This document shows positions 10,648 through 19,905 of a stretch of DNA of 64,000 bases, one piece after another. The DNA lies in the NCBI GenBank assembly GCA_964584335.1, contig CAZOZN010000002.1:194974-258973 (forward strand), written 5' to 3'. The notes under the pieces are model-generated. The model worked only from the letters and a program-made list of their open reading frames with translations. It ran no database searches and was not told where the DNA came from. The stretch is from an uncultured archaeon (GTDB lineage: Archaea; Aenigmatarchaeota; Aenigmatarchaeia; PWEA01; JAGHBM01). The position numbers were made by a program, and so were the translations under genes. Position 1 is the first letter of the stretch. Each line of letters begins with the position of its first letter.

Positions 10648-11607
10648 GTGAAGGAACCTTCTGTTACAATTTTCTTGACTGTTAAGAATTCTTCAGAAAC
10701 AATAAAAAAATGCGTCGATTCTCTTTTGAATCTGAATTATAGTAATTACAGCATTTACGTAACTGATGCTTATTCTACAGACGGTACTTTTGAAATTCTT
10801 AAGGAATACGAGGACAAGATAAAACTTGAGCAAGTCAGGGGCAATATGTCAAAGGCTTACAACCATATGACAAAAAGAACTAACACAGATTTTATTGCTT
10901 ACACAGATGCTGATTGTGTTGTTGACAGTGATTGGTTGAGTGAGTTGGTTTCTGGTTTTGAAAAAGAAGAAGTGATAGCGGTTGCAGGCTTTTGCGGAAC
11001 TCCAGACGGCTTGTCTAATTTTCAAAATGCAATAGGAAAGGAGCTTGAGCAAAGATTCAAAGATTTCCCCAAGTACATTAAAAGGGCACCCACAATGAAT
11101 CTTGCTATTAGGACAGAAGTGGCAAAGAAGGTGGAGTATGACGAGAGTCTTGACGTAAGTCAGGAGACAGATTGGTGCTATAAGATAAATAAATACGGCA
11201 AGATACTTTATAATCCGAATGCAAAAGTTTTTCATTATCACAGAAGCAATATAAGAAGTTATTTCAAACAACAGAAGAAGTACGGAAAATTTGTTGTTCT
11301 TACCTACTTGGGCAGACATAGAAAAGAAATAAAGGGAGATAACGTGTCACCCACATACATGGCCTTGCAGATACCTTTCTTCTGGGCGTCAGTTTATTTT
11401 ATTTTACTTTCTCTTATAAATTTCAGTTTGATTTATTTTTCTCTGTTTTTTGTTTTTTTGATTTTTTTGATATACCTTTTTAACATTTTTAAGATTAAAC
11501 CGAGATTAATTGAACTGCCTGTTTATTTTTTTATTTTTGTCTTGAGAACAGTTGCCTGGTCGATTGGTTTCGTAAGCGGACTAATTCTTTTGATTAAATC
11601 GAAATGA
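10648..11607 (+). CDS. GT2 glycosyltransferase with C-terminal TM helices
   Basis: DAYSTDGT, TDADC, QQKKYG (QxxRW-like) motifs. Confidence 0.88.
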   Translation: MKEPSVTIFLTVKNSSETIKKCVDSLLNLNYSNYSIYVTDAYSTDGTFEILKEYEDKIKLEQVRGNMSKAYNHMTKRTNTDFIAYTDADCVVDSDWLSELVSGFEKEEVIAVAGFCGTPDGLSNFQNAIGKELEQRFKDFPKYIKRAPTMNLAIRTEVAKKVEYDESLDVSQETDWCYKINKYGKILYNPNAKVFHYHRSNIRSYFKQQKKYGKFVVLTYLGRHRKEIKGDNVSPTYMALQIPFFWASVYFILLSLINFSLIYFSLFFVFLIFLIYLFNIFKIKPRLIELPVYFFIFVLRTVAWSIGFVSGLILLIKSK

Positions 11608-11671
11608 ATGCTTTATACCAGATAATTTTATATATAGAAAAATTTGTTTTTTAATTATAGAGGTAGATTTG

Positions 11672-11878
11672 ATGGTTAAGAAAAAAAGTACCAAGAAAAA
11701 AACAAAAAAGAAAACAATGAAGAAAGTAAGGTGCGCAGCGAAGACAAGAGATGGAAAGAGATGCAAGAACTTTGCATCAGGCAGGTCTAAATATTGTAAG
11801 GCTCATCAGAAGGCAAGTTCAAGAGGGCCTAAGAAAAAGAAGACCACAAAGAAAAAGAAAACCAGAAAGAAAAAATGA
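11672..11878 (+). CDS. Small Lys-rich protein with a C-x9-C-x10-C-x2-H putative zinc knuckle (DUF5763-like)
   Basis: GAGGT SD, upstream TTTATATATA; CAAKTRDGKRCKNFASGRSKYCKAH flanked by poly-Lys tracts. Confidence 0.7.
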   Translation: MVKKKSTKKKTKKKTMKKVRCAAKTRDGKRCKNFASGRSKYCKAHQKASSRGPKKKKTTKKKKTRKKK

Positions 11879-11946
11879 TTTTTATCTTTCATCACAAAAC
11901 ACCCCCTATTTTTAATTTATTTAACCCTTCCAGTTCTTAGTATGAA

Positions 11947-12018
11947 TGCAATGGCGATGAAAATACCGTCCCAAAGGGATTTTTAGATGACCGGAAAGGT
12001 AGCTATTGAGCCATTGCA
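11947..12018 (+). ncRNA. Candidate structured small RNA (C/D-box-like)
   Basis: 9-bp terminal stem TGCAATGGC/GCCATTGCA enclosing two GATGA motifs, a terminal TTGA and two internal hairpins; GC-rich island in an AT-rich intergenic region. Confidence 0.45.
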
Positions 12019-12082
12019 CTATAAAAAAGCTTAAATACTTGATAATTTTAATAAAATTACAAATTAGAACGGAGGTAAAAAA

Positions 12083-12391
12083 ATGGTAGAATTTGAGACA
12101 ATTGAATCAACTGAAGTAAAATTTGGAAATAACAACTTCATTGAGATTGGGAAGAAAAAAGCCATAACTGACGAAGGGGAAAACGTTTTTATTTCTCTTT
12201 CCAGAGGTTTTTTCACACCAGACAATGAAAGGAGATATAAGAAGAATTTTGCATTACCAAACGAAGCTGGTGTAATAAAGAAAATAATAGAAGCACTACA
12301 GGATTTGGATGTGCCAGAAGGTTCAGAAGATTCTGATGAAGAAGCGGCTGAAGAAGATGCAGATGATTCAAGCGAAGAAGAAGAAGAGTGA
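12083..12391 (+). CDS. Small hypothetical protein with acidic tail (possibly PC4/Pur-like ssDNA-binding fold)
   Basis: GGAGGT SD, upstream CTTAAATA box; beta-rich NFIEIGKKK...FISLSRGF core followed by a D/E-rich tail. Confidence 0.7.
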   Translation: MVEFETIESTEVKFGNNNFIEIGKKKAITDEGENVFISLSRGFFTPDNERRYKKNFALPNEAGVIKKIIEALQDLDVPEGSEDSDEEAAEEDADDSSEEEEE

Positions 12392-12410
12392 GAAAAACCT
12401 TTTACTTTAT

Positions 12411-12439
12411 AATTCTGCTCTTAGAGCAGAATTTTTTTT
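12411..12439 (+). terminator. Hairpin plus T-tract terminator
   Basis: AATTCTGCTC-TTA-GAGCAGAATT followed by a T run. Confidence 0.7.
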
Positions 12440-12483
12440 GTTTTTTATTAAATAATTAAATATAACTGTCTTATACTATTATT

Positions 12484-13356
12484 ATGCCTGAAGAGTTGTT
12501 TACGGGAGGTTCTCCTTTGTGTTCTGGTTGCATGTCTTCTCTTGGTTTGAAGATTGCTCTGGAAACCTTGGGCAAAAATACTATAGTTGTAAATTCTTCC
12601 GGATGCCTTACTCTCTTATCTGTTTATCCCAATTCTCCAATGAGAGTTCCGTTTATTCATGTAGCGATAGAGAATGCAGGTGCAGTTGCTAGCGGCATAT
12701 ACTCGGCATACAAGCAGAAAGGAGAACATGTCAATATTTTGATTTATGCGGGAGACGGTGCTACGTATGATATAGGTTTTCAGTCGCTTTCCGGTGCTTG
12801 CGACAGAAGGGATGATTTTTTGTATGTTTGCTATAACAATCAGGCGTTTATGAATACGGGGATACAACAATCTAGTGCGACTCCTCTTGGAGCAGCTACT
12901 AAAACAACACCAAGCGGCGAGGAAAATAAGATGGGAAATTTATTTCAAAGAAAACCTATAGAGAGGATAATTGCGGCACATGGAGTTCCTTATGTTGCTA
13001 CTGCATGTGTTTCTTTTCCTGAGGATTATAAGAACAAACTTGAGAAGGCCATGAACATTGTCGGCCCGAAATTTATAGACCTGTTATGTCCCTGTCCTAC
13101 TGGATGGGGTTTCAAGCCCCAAGACGGTATAGATATAGGCAAGCGTGCAGTTCAAACTGGTCTGTGGCCTCTTTACGAGATAGAAAACAACAAACTCAAA
13201 ATAACCCACAAACCCAATAAACTTAGGCCAGTTGAAGATTATTTTTCATTACAAAAAAGATACAGGCATCTTGGTAGTGAGCAAAAGAAGACTATACAGA
13301 ATGTTGTTAATCATAGATGGAAGGAGTTGTTAAAGGGAGATTTTTATGGATTTTAG
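12484..13356 (+). CDS. porB: Pyruvate/2-oxoacid:ferredoxin oxidoreductase beta subunit
   Basis: CSGC, GDGATYDIG TPP motif, NNQAFMNTGIQQS, CPCPTGW. Confidence 0.93.
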   Translation: MPEELFTGGSPLCSGCMSSLGLKIALETLGKNTIVVNSSGCLTLLSVYPNSPMRVPFIHVAIENAGAVASGIYSAYKQKGEHVNILIYAGDGATYDIGFQSLSGACDRRDDFLYVCYNNQAFMNTGIQQSSATPLGAATKTTPSGEENKMGNLFQRKPIERIIAAHGVPYVATACVSFPEDYKNKLEKAMNIVGPKFIDLLCPCPTGWGFKPQDGIDIGKRAVQTGLWPLYEIENNKLKITHKPNKLRPVEDYFSLQKRYRHLGSEQKKTIQNVVNHRWKELLKGDFYGF

Positions 13357-15306
13357 GTGGTTGAAATTTTTGTAATTTTTTGTTGTCTTATGGGATTTTT
13401 GTTTGTTTTGTTTTTGTATAGAAAACTTAATGGATTTGAAAAAGGCAACAAAAGAATGGTGGAAATATCTGACTATGTTCATAACGGTGCAAAAACATTT
13501 CTAAAGGAAGAGTACAAATCGCTCCTGATATTCGTCTTTATTTTTTCTGTAATACTTTACTTTCTTGACTTTCGTTTATCACTGTCTTTTATATTGGGTT
13601 CATTTTTTTCTGCGCTGGCAGGAAATATAGGAATGAGAATGTCCACCTCTTCTAACACGAAGACTGCATACGCTGCAAGGAAAAGCCTTAAAAAATCTTT
13701 GAGGGTTGCTTTCTCATCTGGTTCTATAATGGGCATGACCACAGTGAGTCTGGGACTAATAGGCATTAGTTTGCTTTATATGGTTTTTGGAGATCCTAAC
13801 GTAATTTATGGTTATGCTTTTGGTGCTTCCATGGTTGCATTGTTTGCCAGAGTTGGTGGCGGGATATATACCAAGGCTGCTGACATAGGTGCTGATACAG
13901 TAGGCAAGCTAGAAAAAAACATGCCCGAGGACGACCCCAGAAACCCTGCCGTTATAGCTGACCAAGTGGGAGATAACGTGGGTGATGTTGCTGGAATGGG
14001 TTCAGACCTTTTTGAGAGCTACGTCGATGCGATTATAGCGACAATGGTAATGGGAGTTTCTATAATAGGTTTTGGCGACTTTGTCTTAATACCCTTATTG
14101 ATATCCGGTATAGGTATTTTATCCTCTATAATCAGTTATTTTCTTATATACCTGAACCTTGAAGGAGGCGTGGAAAACATGCTTGACAGGTGTGTTTATG
14201 GTTCTACTATTTTAACTGCATTGTTTTCCTTCCTGATAGTGGACTATCTTGCTGTTGGTATGCATATTTTTTATTCTATATTCACAGGACTTTTGCTGGG
14301 TTTGATAATAGGCAAATCCAGCGAGTACTATACATCAATGGATAGAAGTCCTACCATAAACATAGCTAAAGAAAGTCGCGCCGGTGCTGCCACCAATATA
14401 ATATCAGGTCTTGCCACGGGAATGGAAAGTAATATAGTTCCGGTCATATCGATAGGCGCGGCGATGGTAATTAGCTACGGCTTCGCCGGAATTTATGGAA
14501 TAGGCCTTGCCGCAGTTGGCATGTTTGCTAATCTGGGTACGACTCTCTCTATAGATTCCTACGGTCCCACAGTTGATAATGCGGAAGGCATAGCAAAGAT
14601 GGGTAAGTTAAGCAAGGTCGCAAGGAAAAGATGCGAAGAATTGGATGCTGTTGGCAACACCACGGCTGCTGTAGGCAAAGGATTTGCGATAGGTTCTGCA
14701 GCTCTTGCTTCACTCGCATTGTTTTCTTCTTACATAGAGGCAACCAATCTTAGTGTCATAAGTCTTGTTTCGCCTAAGGTTATAGCCGCTCTTTTCTTGG
14801 GAGGTCTTTTGCCGTTTTTGTTTTCTTCAATGACAATGAGGTCTGTAGGAAAGACGGCATCGAAGATAGTTCATGAATCAAGAAGGCAGCTGGAAGACAA
14901 GAAGATATTTTCTGGAAAGAAAAAACCAAATTACCAGAGATGCATAAAGATAAGCAGTGATGCTGCAATCCAGGAAATGATTTTACCAGGAGTTCTTGCG
15001 ATAGGTGCTCCTGTTGCTACGGGATTGATTTTGGGGGTGGAGGCTTTGGGAGGTCTTTTGGCGGGAACAATCACTACAGGCTTGTTGCTTGCTATAATGA
15101 TGGCCAATGCCGGCGGTGCATGGGATAACGCAAAGAAATATGTTGAACAGGGGCATCTCGGTGGAGAAGGTTCTGAAGTTCACAAGGCCACAATAATCGG
15201 GGACACGATAGGTGACCCATTTAAAGATACTTGCGGCCCTTCTCTTGATATATTGTTAAAGTTGATGTCGATAGTTGCGATAGTTTTTATACCACTTTTT
15301 ATATAA
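13357..15306 (+). CDS. hppA: Membrane-bound K+-dependent (probably Na+-pumping) pyrophosphatase
   Basis: GGGIYTKAADIGAD, DNVGDVAG, GNTTAA (Ala indicates K+-dependent type), GDTIGDPFKD. Confidence 0.95.
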   Translation: MVEIFVIFCCLMGFLFVLFLYRKLNGFEKGNKRMVEISDYVHNGAKTFLKEEYKSLLIFVFIFSVILYFLDFRLSLSFILGSFFSALAGNIGMRMSTSSNTKTAYAARKSLKKSLRVAFSSGSIMGMTTVSLGLIGISLLYMVFGDPNVIYGYAFGASMVALFARVGGGIYTKAADIGADTVGKLEKNMPEDDPRNPAVIADQVGDNVGDVAGMGSDLFESYVDAIIATMVMGVSIIGFGDFVLIPLLISGIGILSSIISYFLIYLNLEGGVENMLDRCVYGSTILTALFSFLIVDYLAVGMHIFYSIFTGLLLGLIIGKSSEYYTSMDRSPTINIAKESRAGAATNIISGLATGMESNIVPVISIGAAMVISYGFAGIYGIGLAAVGMFANLGTTLSIDSYGPTVDNAEGIAKMGKLSKVARKRCEELDAVGNTTAAVGKGFAIGSAALASLALFSSYIEATNLSVISLVSPKVIAALFLGGLLPFLFSSMTMRSVGKTASKIVHESRRQLEDKKIFSGKKKPNYQRCIKISSDAAIQEMILPGVLAIGAPVATGLILGVEALGGLLAGTITTGLLLAIMMANAGGAWDNAKKYVEQGHLGGEGSEVHKATIIGDTIGDPFKDTCGPSLDILLKLMSIVAIVFIPLFI

Positions 15307-15338
15307 TATTTTATAAAACAAAAACAGGGTGATAATTA

Positions 15339-17267
15339 ATGAGTAATTGGGTAGTTAAGGACGAAGAAAAGGATTTTTTTTGGCCGTCGGATGAGATGAA
15401 AAATAAGGCTAATGTTTCTGATTCTAATGTTTATGATGATGCACTTTCAGACCAGATCGGGTTTTGGTCTGAAAAAGCAAAGGAGCTTGAATGGTTTAAA
15501 GAATGGGATAAAGATTATGAGGATAATCCTCCAAATTTCAAATGGTTTGTCAACGGAAAAACTAACATATGTTATAACGCGGTGGACAGGCATCTTAATG
15601 ACAAGGGGGATAAAACTGCAATTATTTGGGTACCCGAAAACCAGGAAGAAACCCCAAGAAAGATAACTTATAAAGAGCTTCATGAGGAAGTCTGCAAGTT
15701 TTCTAATGTTCTAAAAGATTTGGGTGTCGGTAAGGGAGACAGGGTAGGAATATACATGCCAATGGTACCCGAAGTACAGGTGGCTCTTCTTTCCTGTGCC
15801 AGACTGGGTGCTATACACACCGTTGTTTTCTCTGCATTTTCTTCCGAGTCTCTTAAGGAGAGGATGGAAGATTCGGATGCAAAAGTCTTGATAACAGCGG
15901 ACGGTTATTACAGGAGAGGCAAGGAAATAGACCTAAAGAAAAAGGCAGACGAAGGAGTTGAAGGTACTGGTGTAGAAAAGGTTGTTGTTGTAAGGAGATT
16001 GAAGTCCGATGTAGATATGATGGAGGGAAGAGATTTTTTCTACGATGAAATAATCAAAGACAGCAATTCATCATTTAATGCAGAACACATGGAAAGCAAT
16101 AAAACTCTTTTCATATTATATACTTCCGGAACAACAGGCAAGCCGAAGGGGATTGTGCATGATACCGGAGGCTACATGGTACAGGCTTACCTTACAACAA
16201 AATGGATTTTTGATTTGCAGGACGACGACGTGTTCTGGTGTACTGCAGATATAGGATGGGTTACAGGACACACTTACTCATGTTACGGCCCTCTTCTTAA
16301 CGGCGGAACAATGTTAACCTTTGAGGGTTCTCCGGATTATCCTGATTTGGGTGCCTGGTGGAAGATAATAGAGGAACATGGAGTTACGATTTTTTATACC
16401 TCACCCACCGCAGTAAGGATGTTTAAGAAAGGAGGGGTTGAATTTATAAAAAAATATGATTTGAACACCCTTAGAATTCTTGGAAGTGTGGGGGAACCTA
16501 TAGACAAGGAGACGTGGCTCTGGTATTTCAAAGAAATAGGGGGAGAAAGATGCCCCATACTTGATACATGGTGGCAAACCGAAACCGGCGGAATACTTAT
16601 AACAGCACTTCCCGGTATAGGGCCGATAATACCGACTGTCGCAGGAAAACCTTTCCCAGGAGTAAGAATGGAAGTTGTTGATGAAGACGGAAAAAAGGTT
16701 GAAAAGGGGGAAGGTTTTGTAGTACAAAAGAAGCCTTTCGCTCCCGGTATGTTGAGAGGTGTTTACAAAAACCCGGAAAAATATCTCAGTACCTACTGGG
16801 AGAGGTATGGAAAAGATGTTTATTACCCCGCCGATGGCGCGATAATGATGGAGGGAGGCAACATAAAGATAACGGGCAGGTCCGACGATGTCATGAAGGT
16901 GGCCGGACACAGGATGTCCACGGCCGAGATGGAGGACGCAATAAACAGGAACCCAAACGTGGCGGAGTGTGCGGTCGTTTCGAAACCGGATGAAATAAAG
17001 GGCGAAGTGCCTATAGCATTTGTTATATTGAAGAATAGTGAAGACCCGGAAAAAATGAGAAAGGAAATAAAGAAAACAACGGACGAGCACATAGGACCAA
17101 TAGCGAGACCGAAGGAAATATACTTCGTGGAAGACGTTCCCAAAACACGTTCCGGTAAAATAATGAGAAGGATACTCAAGAGCATGCTTCGTGGTAGGGA
17201 ACTGGGCAACCTCAGCACGCTAAAGAACCCGGAATCGGTAGAAAAAGTAAAGGATGTTATCGGTTAG
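15339..17267 (+). CDS. acs: Acetyl-CoA synthetase (AMP-forming)
   Basis: YTSGTTGKPKG, DTWWQTETGG, PKTRSGKIMRR motifs. Confidence 0.96.
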   Translation: MSNWVVKDEEKDFFWPSDEMKNKANVSDSNVYDDALSDQIGFWSEKAKELEWFKEWDKDYEDNPPNFKWFVNGKTNICYNAVDRHLNDKGDKTAIIWVPENQEETPRKITYKELHEEVCKFSNVLKDLGVGKGDRVGIYMPMVPEVQVALLSCARLGAIHTVVFSAFSSESLKERMEDSDAKVLITADGYYRRGKEIDLKKKADEGVEGTGVEKVVVVRRLKSDVDMMEGRDFFYDEIIKDSNSSFNAEHMESNKTLFILYTSGTTGKPKGIVHDTGGYMVQAYLTTKWIFDLQDDDVFWCTADIGWVTGHTYSCYGPLLNGGTMLTFEGSPDYPDLGAWWKIIEEHGVTIFYTSPTAVRMFKKGGVEFIKKYDLNTLRILGSVGEPIDKETWLWYFKEIGGERCPILDTWWQTETGGILITALPGIGPIIPTVAGKPFPGVRMEVVDEDGKKVEKGEGFVVQKKPFAPGMLRGVYKNPEKYLSTYWERYGKDVYYPADGAIMMEGGNIKITGRSDDVMKVAGHRMSTAEMEDAINRNPNVAECAVVSKPDEIKGEVPIAFVILKNSEDPEKMRKEIKKTTDEHIGPIARPKEIYFVEDVPKTRSGKIMRRILKSMLRGRELGNLSTLKNPESVEKVKDVIG

Positions 17268-18610
17268 TCTGATTTAGAATATTCATAGAGGACTTTCAAT
17301 ACCTCTACGCACCTTTTAGGGGATGTGAAGCAAGGCATCCCGCCCTCTTCCAGTTTCATTTTCAATTTTTCAGTATATTCTCCACCTGCAGATACTATTG
17401 AAGTTGTCTTTCTTCCTGATAGTTTCAATATTTTATCCACTACATCTTTTTTTAACAGGGGCGGCTGGAACAGGAAAACGAGCGCTATCATGTCAACCTT
17501 TTTGTCTCTTATTGCATCTTCGTAACAAGCCTCGTACATTTCTGAGGTAACGTCTCCCGTAAGGTCTATTATATTTTCCATTGTTGCGTGCTTGGGTAAT
17601 ATTTTTCTTAGATTATTTTTGCTTTTTTTGCTGACTTTAGCAAGGCTCAATCCGAATTTTTCTGCCCAGTCTGATGTCAGTACACCGAAACCACCAGCAT
17701 CTGTTATTATTCTTAGTTTCCTGCCTTCTGGGAGTGGCTGGTTTGATATAGCTCTAGCAAGGTCAAACATCTGTTCCAAATCTTCCGCTTCAATTATTCC
17801 TGTCTGATTGAACACGCCGGAATATATTTTTGCGTTTCCTGCCAAAGCACCTGTGTGAGTTTTTGCCGATTTTCTGCCGCTTTCAGTTTTACCACCCTTG
17901 AGAACTATTACCGGCTTATTTATTTTTTTTGATACTTTGAAAAATTCTTTGCCGTCCTTCAATCCTTCTATGTATATACAAATTACTTTTGTTTCTTTAT
18001 CCTCATCCAAATGTTTCATCAATTCAGTAACGTCTACATCTGTTGCATTACCATAAGATATTGCCTTTGATATTTTGTATCCTTTCAGGGACATCCAGTC
18101 CAGTGTTATGCAAAGAGTTGCTCCGGATTGTGATATGAAACCAATGTTTCCCTTTTTTGGCCTTCCCATCCTTTCTTTTGGATTGAAGATGGTATCCAAA
18201 CCGAAATAAGGGTTATAAACTCCCATGCAGTTGGGCCCTATTACTCTTAGGTTATATTTTTTGATTACTTTTTTCAATTCTTTCTCTCTTTTAATGTTTC
18301 CGGCTTCTTTGAAACCTGCTGAAACTACTATGCAGTTTTTTATTTTTTTCTCTCCGCATTCTTCAAGAACATCATAAACATATTTTGCAGGTATTGCCAG
18401 AACAGCCAGGTCCACTTTTTTGTTTATATCGCTGACTTTTCTGTAACAGTCAATGCCCATTATTTTTTTGGCCTTGGGGTTTACCGGATATATTTCGCCC
18501 TTGAAATTTTCTTTGAAATTGTTTAATATTACATTTCCTATCTTGCCTTTTTTTCTTGAAGCTCCTATTATGCAAACTGACTCCGGCCTAAAAAATTTGT
18601 CTAAGGTCAT
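17264..18610 (-). CDS. acdA: Acetate--CoA ligase (ADP-forming) alpha subunit
   Basis: IIGAS, GPNCMG, SQSG, THTGALAG (catalytic His). Confidence 0.92.
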   Translation of the reverse strand: MTLDKFFRPESVCIIGASRKKGKIGNVILNNFKENFKGEIYPVNPKAKKIMGIDCYRKVSDINKKVDLAVLAIPAKYVYDVLEECGEKKIKNCIVVSAGFKEAGNIKREKELKKVIKKYNLRVIGPNCMGVYNPYFGLDTIFNPKERMGRPKKGNIGFISQSGATLCITLDWMSLKGYKISKAISYGNATDVDVTELMKHLDEDKETKVICIYIEGLKDGKEFFKVSKKINKPVIVLKGGKTESGRKSAKTHTGALAGNAKIYSGVFNQTGIIEAEDLEQMFDLARAISNQPLPEGRKLRIITDAGGFGVLTSDWAEKFGLSLAKVSKKSKNNLRKILPKHATMENIIDLTGDVTSEMYEACYEDAIRDKKVDMIALVFLFQPPLLKKDVVDKILKLSGRKTTSIVSAGGEYTEKLKMKLEEGGMPCFTSPKRCVEVLKVLYEYSKSD

Positions 18611-18689
18611 AATAATCTTTCGTGATTGTAATATAATAAATTTATGTAAAGTTTATAAAAGATGCAAATAAAATATTTTTAGTGTTCGC

Positions 18690-19670
18690 ATGAATTTGAG
18701 TGATATGGCGATTATTGCGTCTATTGTTGCTGGCCTGGCTTCTGTTCCATTTGTAGCATCAACAATTTCTAATGATTACGGTCCCATAGGCGATATAATT
18801 TTAAACATGAGTTCTGATGAAATACCCGGTGAACTTTCAAGAAAAATAAGTGATGACAGGTTCGAGCAAAATTATAAGACACCATTTGGAAGATTTAAAA
18901 TAACTGTAATACCAACAGGAGTTTATCAGGAGCTTGTTAGGCCTGACAGAAAGATAATAATAGAAAATACTCCATATCATGATTCTTGGATTGTAATTAC
19001 AAGCGACTACAAATTAGTTATAAATAAAACTAGTGGAATGAAGGTTGAGAGATTTGAGAGCAAGGACGGTTTCATTGAAATAGTTGAATATATGGGCAAC
19101 AGAGATGAAGTAATCAAGGGCAATGTTCAAGATTACGAAGATGCAAAGAAAACACTAAAAGAGGAGCTGTCTAGAATTAATAAAATAAGAGAAAAATATA
19201 TGAATATACCCGGCACTGAGAATATTACTTCATCGGATAAAGTAAAAATAAATGAGGTATTGCCAAATCCGGATGATACACAAGATTGTAATGGTGATGG
19301 CAGTTTTACGGATTCTGGAGACGAGTTTATTGAATTGTATAACTATGGTGATGAGGATATAGATTTATCCGGTTGGAAAATAAGTGATAATAATGATTTG
19401 ACAATAGAAAGCGGAACTACGATAGAATCTGGTGATTTTGTTTATTTTGTTTCGGGTGACAAACAAGGCAATTATGGTAGTGAGTGGTCTGGTTCATGGC
19501 CTAATTTAAATAATGGCGGGGATGATTTGAAAATTTATAATAACAATGACTTACTCGTAGATGAAATAAATTATGCTTCCAGTACTGAAGGCAAATCATG
19601 GTCCAGAATACCTGATGGCAATGAGAGTTTTTGGGAAGTTGAACCAACACCCGGGTATACAAATAACTAG
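18690..19670 (+). CDS. Secreted protein with C-terminal lamin-tail domain
   Basis: Signal-peptide-like N-terminus; INEVLPNP...DEFIELYN...DLSGWKISD...LNNGGD...PTPG. Confidence 0.8.
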   Translation: MNLSDMAIIASIVAGLASVPFVASTISNDYGPIGDIILNMSSDEIPGELSRKISDDRFEQNYKTPFGRFKITVIPTGVYQELVRPDRKIIIENTPYHDSWIVITSDYKLVINKTSGMKVERFESKDGFIEIVEYMGNRDEVIKGNVQDYEDAKKTLKEELSRINKIREKYMNIPGTENITSSDKVKINEVLPNPDDTQDCNGDGSFTDSGDEFIELYNYGDEDIDLSGWKISDNNDLTIESGTTIESGDFVYFVSGDKQGNYGSEWSGSWPNLNNGGDDLKIYNNNDLLVDEINYASSTEGKSWSRIPDGNESFWEVEPTPGYTNN

Positions 19671-19894
19671 TCCAACTTTGAAATCAATTCTTCAAATTTT
19701 TTGTCTAATTTTATTTTAGTTCTTTTTGTCAGATTTTTATGAACCATGTAAGATGTTAAAACACCAACCATAATGTATAGATAAAGTAGAATTATTACAG
19801 TCCAGTAATTGAAAGGAAAAAATTGAAGAATAGCAGAACAAAGAGAAGCGATAGAAACTCCTATAAAGAGTCCTATCTTTAAACTCTGTTTCAT
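19667..19894 (-). CDS. Small two-TM membrane protein
   Basis: MKQSLKIG... preceded by GGTGAC; two hydrophobic helices. Confidence 0.6.
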   Translation of the reverse strand: MKQSLKIGLFIGVSIASLCSAILQFFPFNYWTVIILLYLYIMVGVLTSYMVHKNLTKRTKIKLDKKFEELISKLD

Positions 19895-19905
19895 CTTGTC
19901 ACCAT

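Noticed and set aside
11953-12000. Fluoride (crcB) riboswitch or SECIS interpretation of GGCGATGA...
   Set aside because: The pseudoknot partner for the GATGAAAAT segment is missing, there is no fluoride-related gene downstream, and no in-frame UGA selenoprotein is evident nearby
18676-18686. TTTTTAGTGTT half-site upstream of the lamin-tail gene
   Set aside because: Only one arm of the putative operator; plausible by chance in AT-rich DNA
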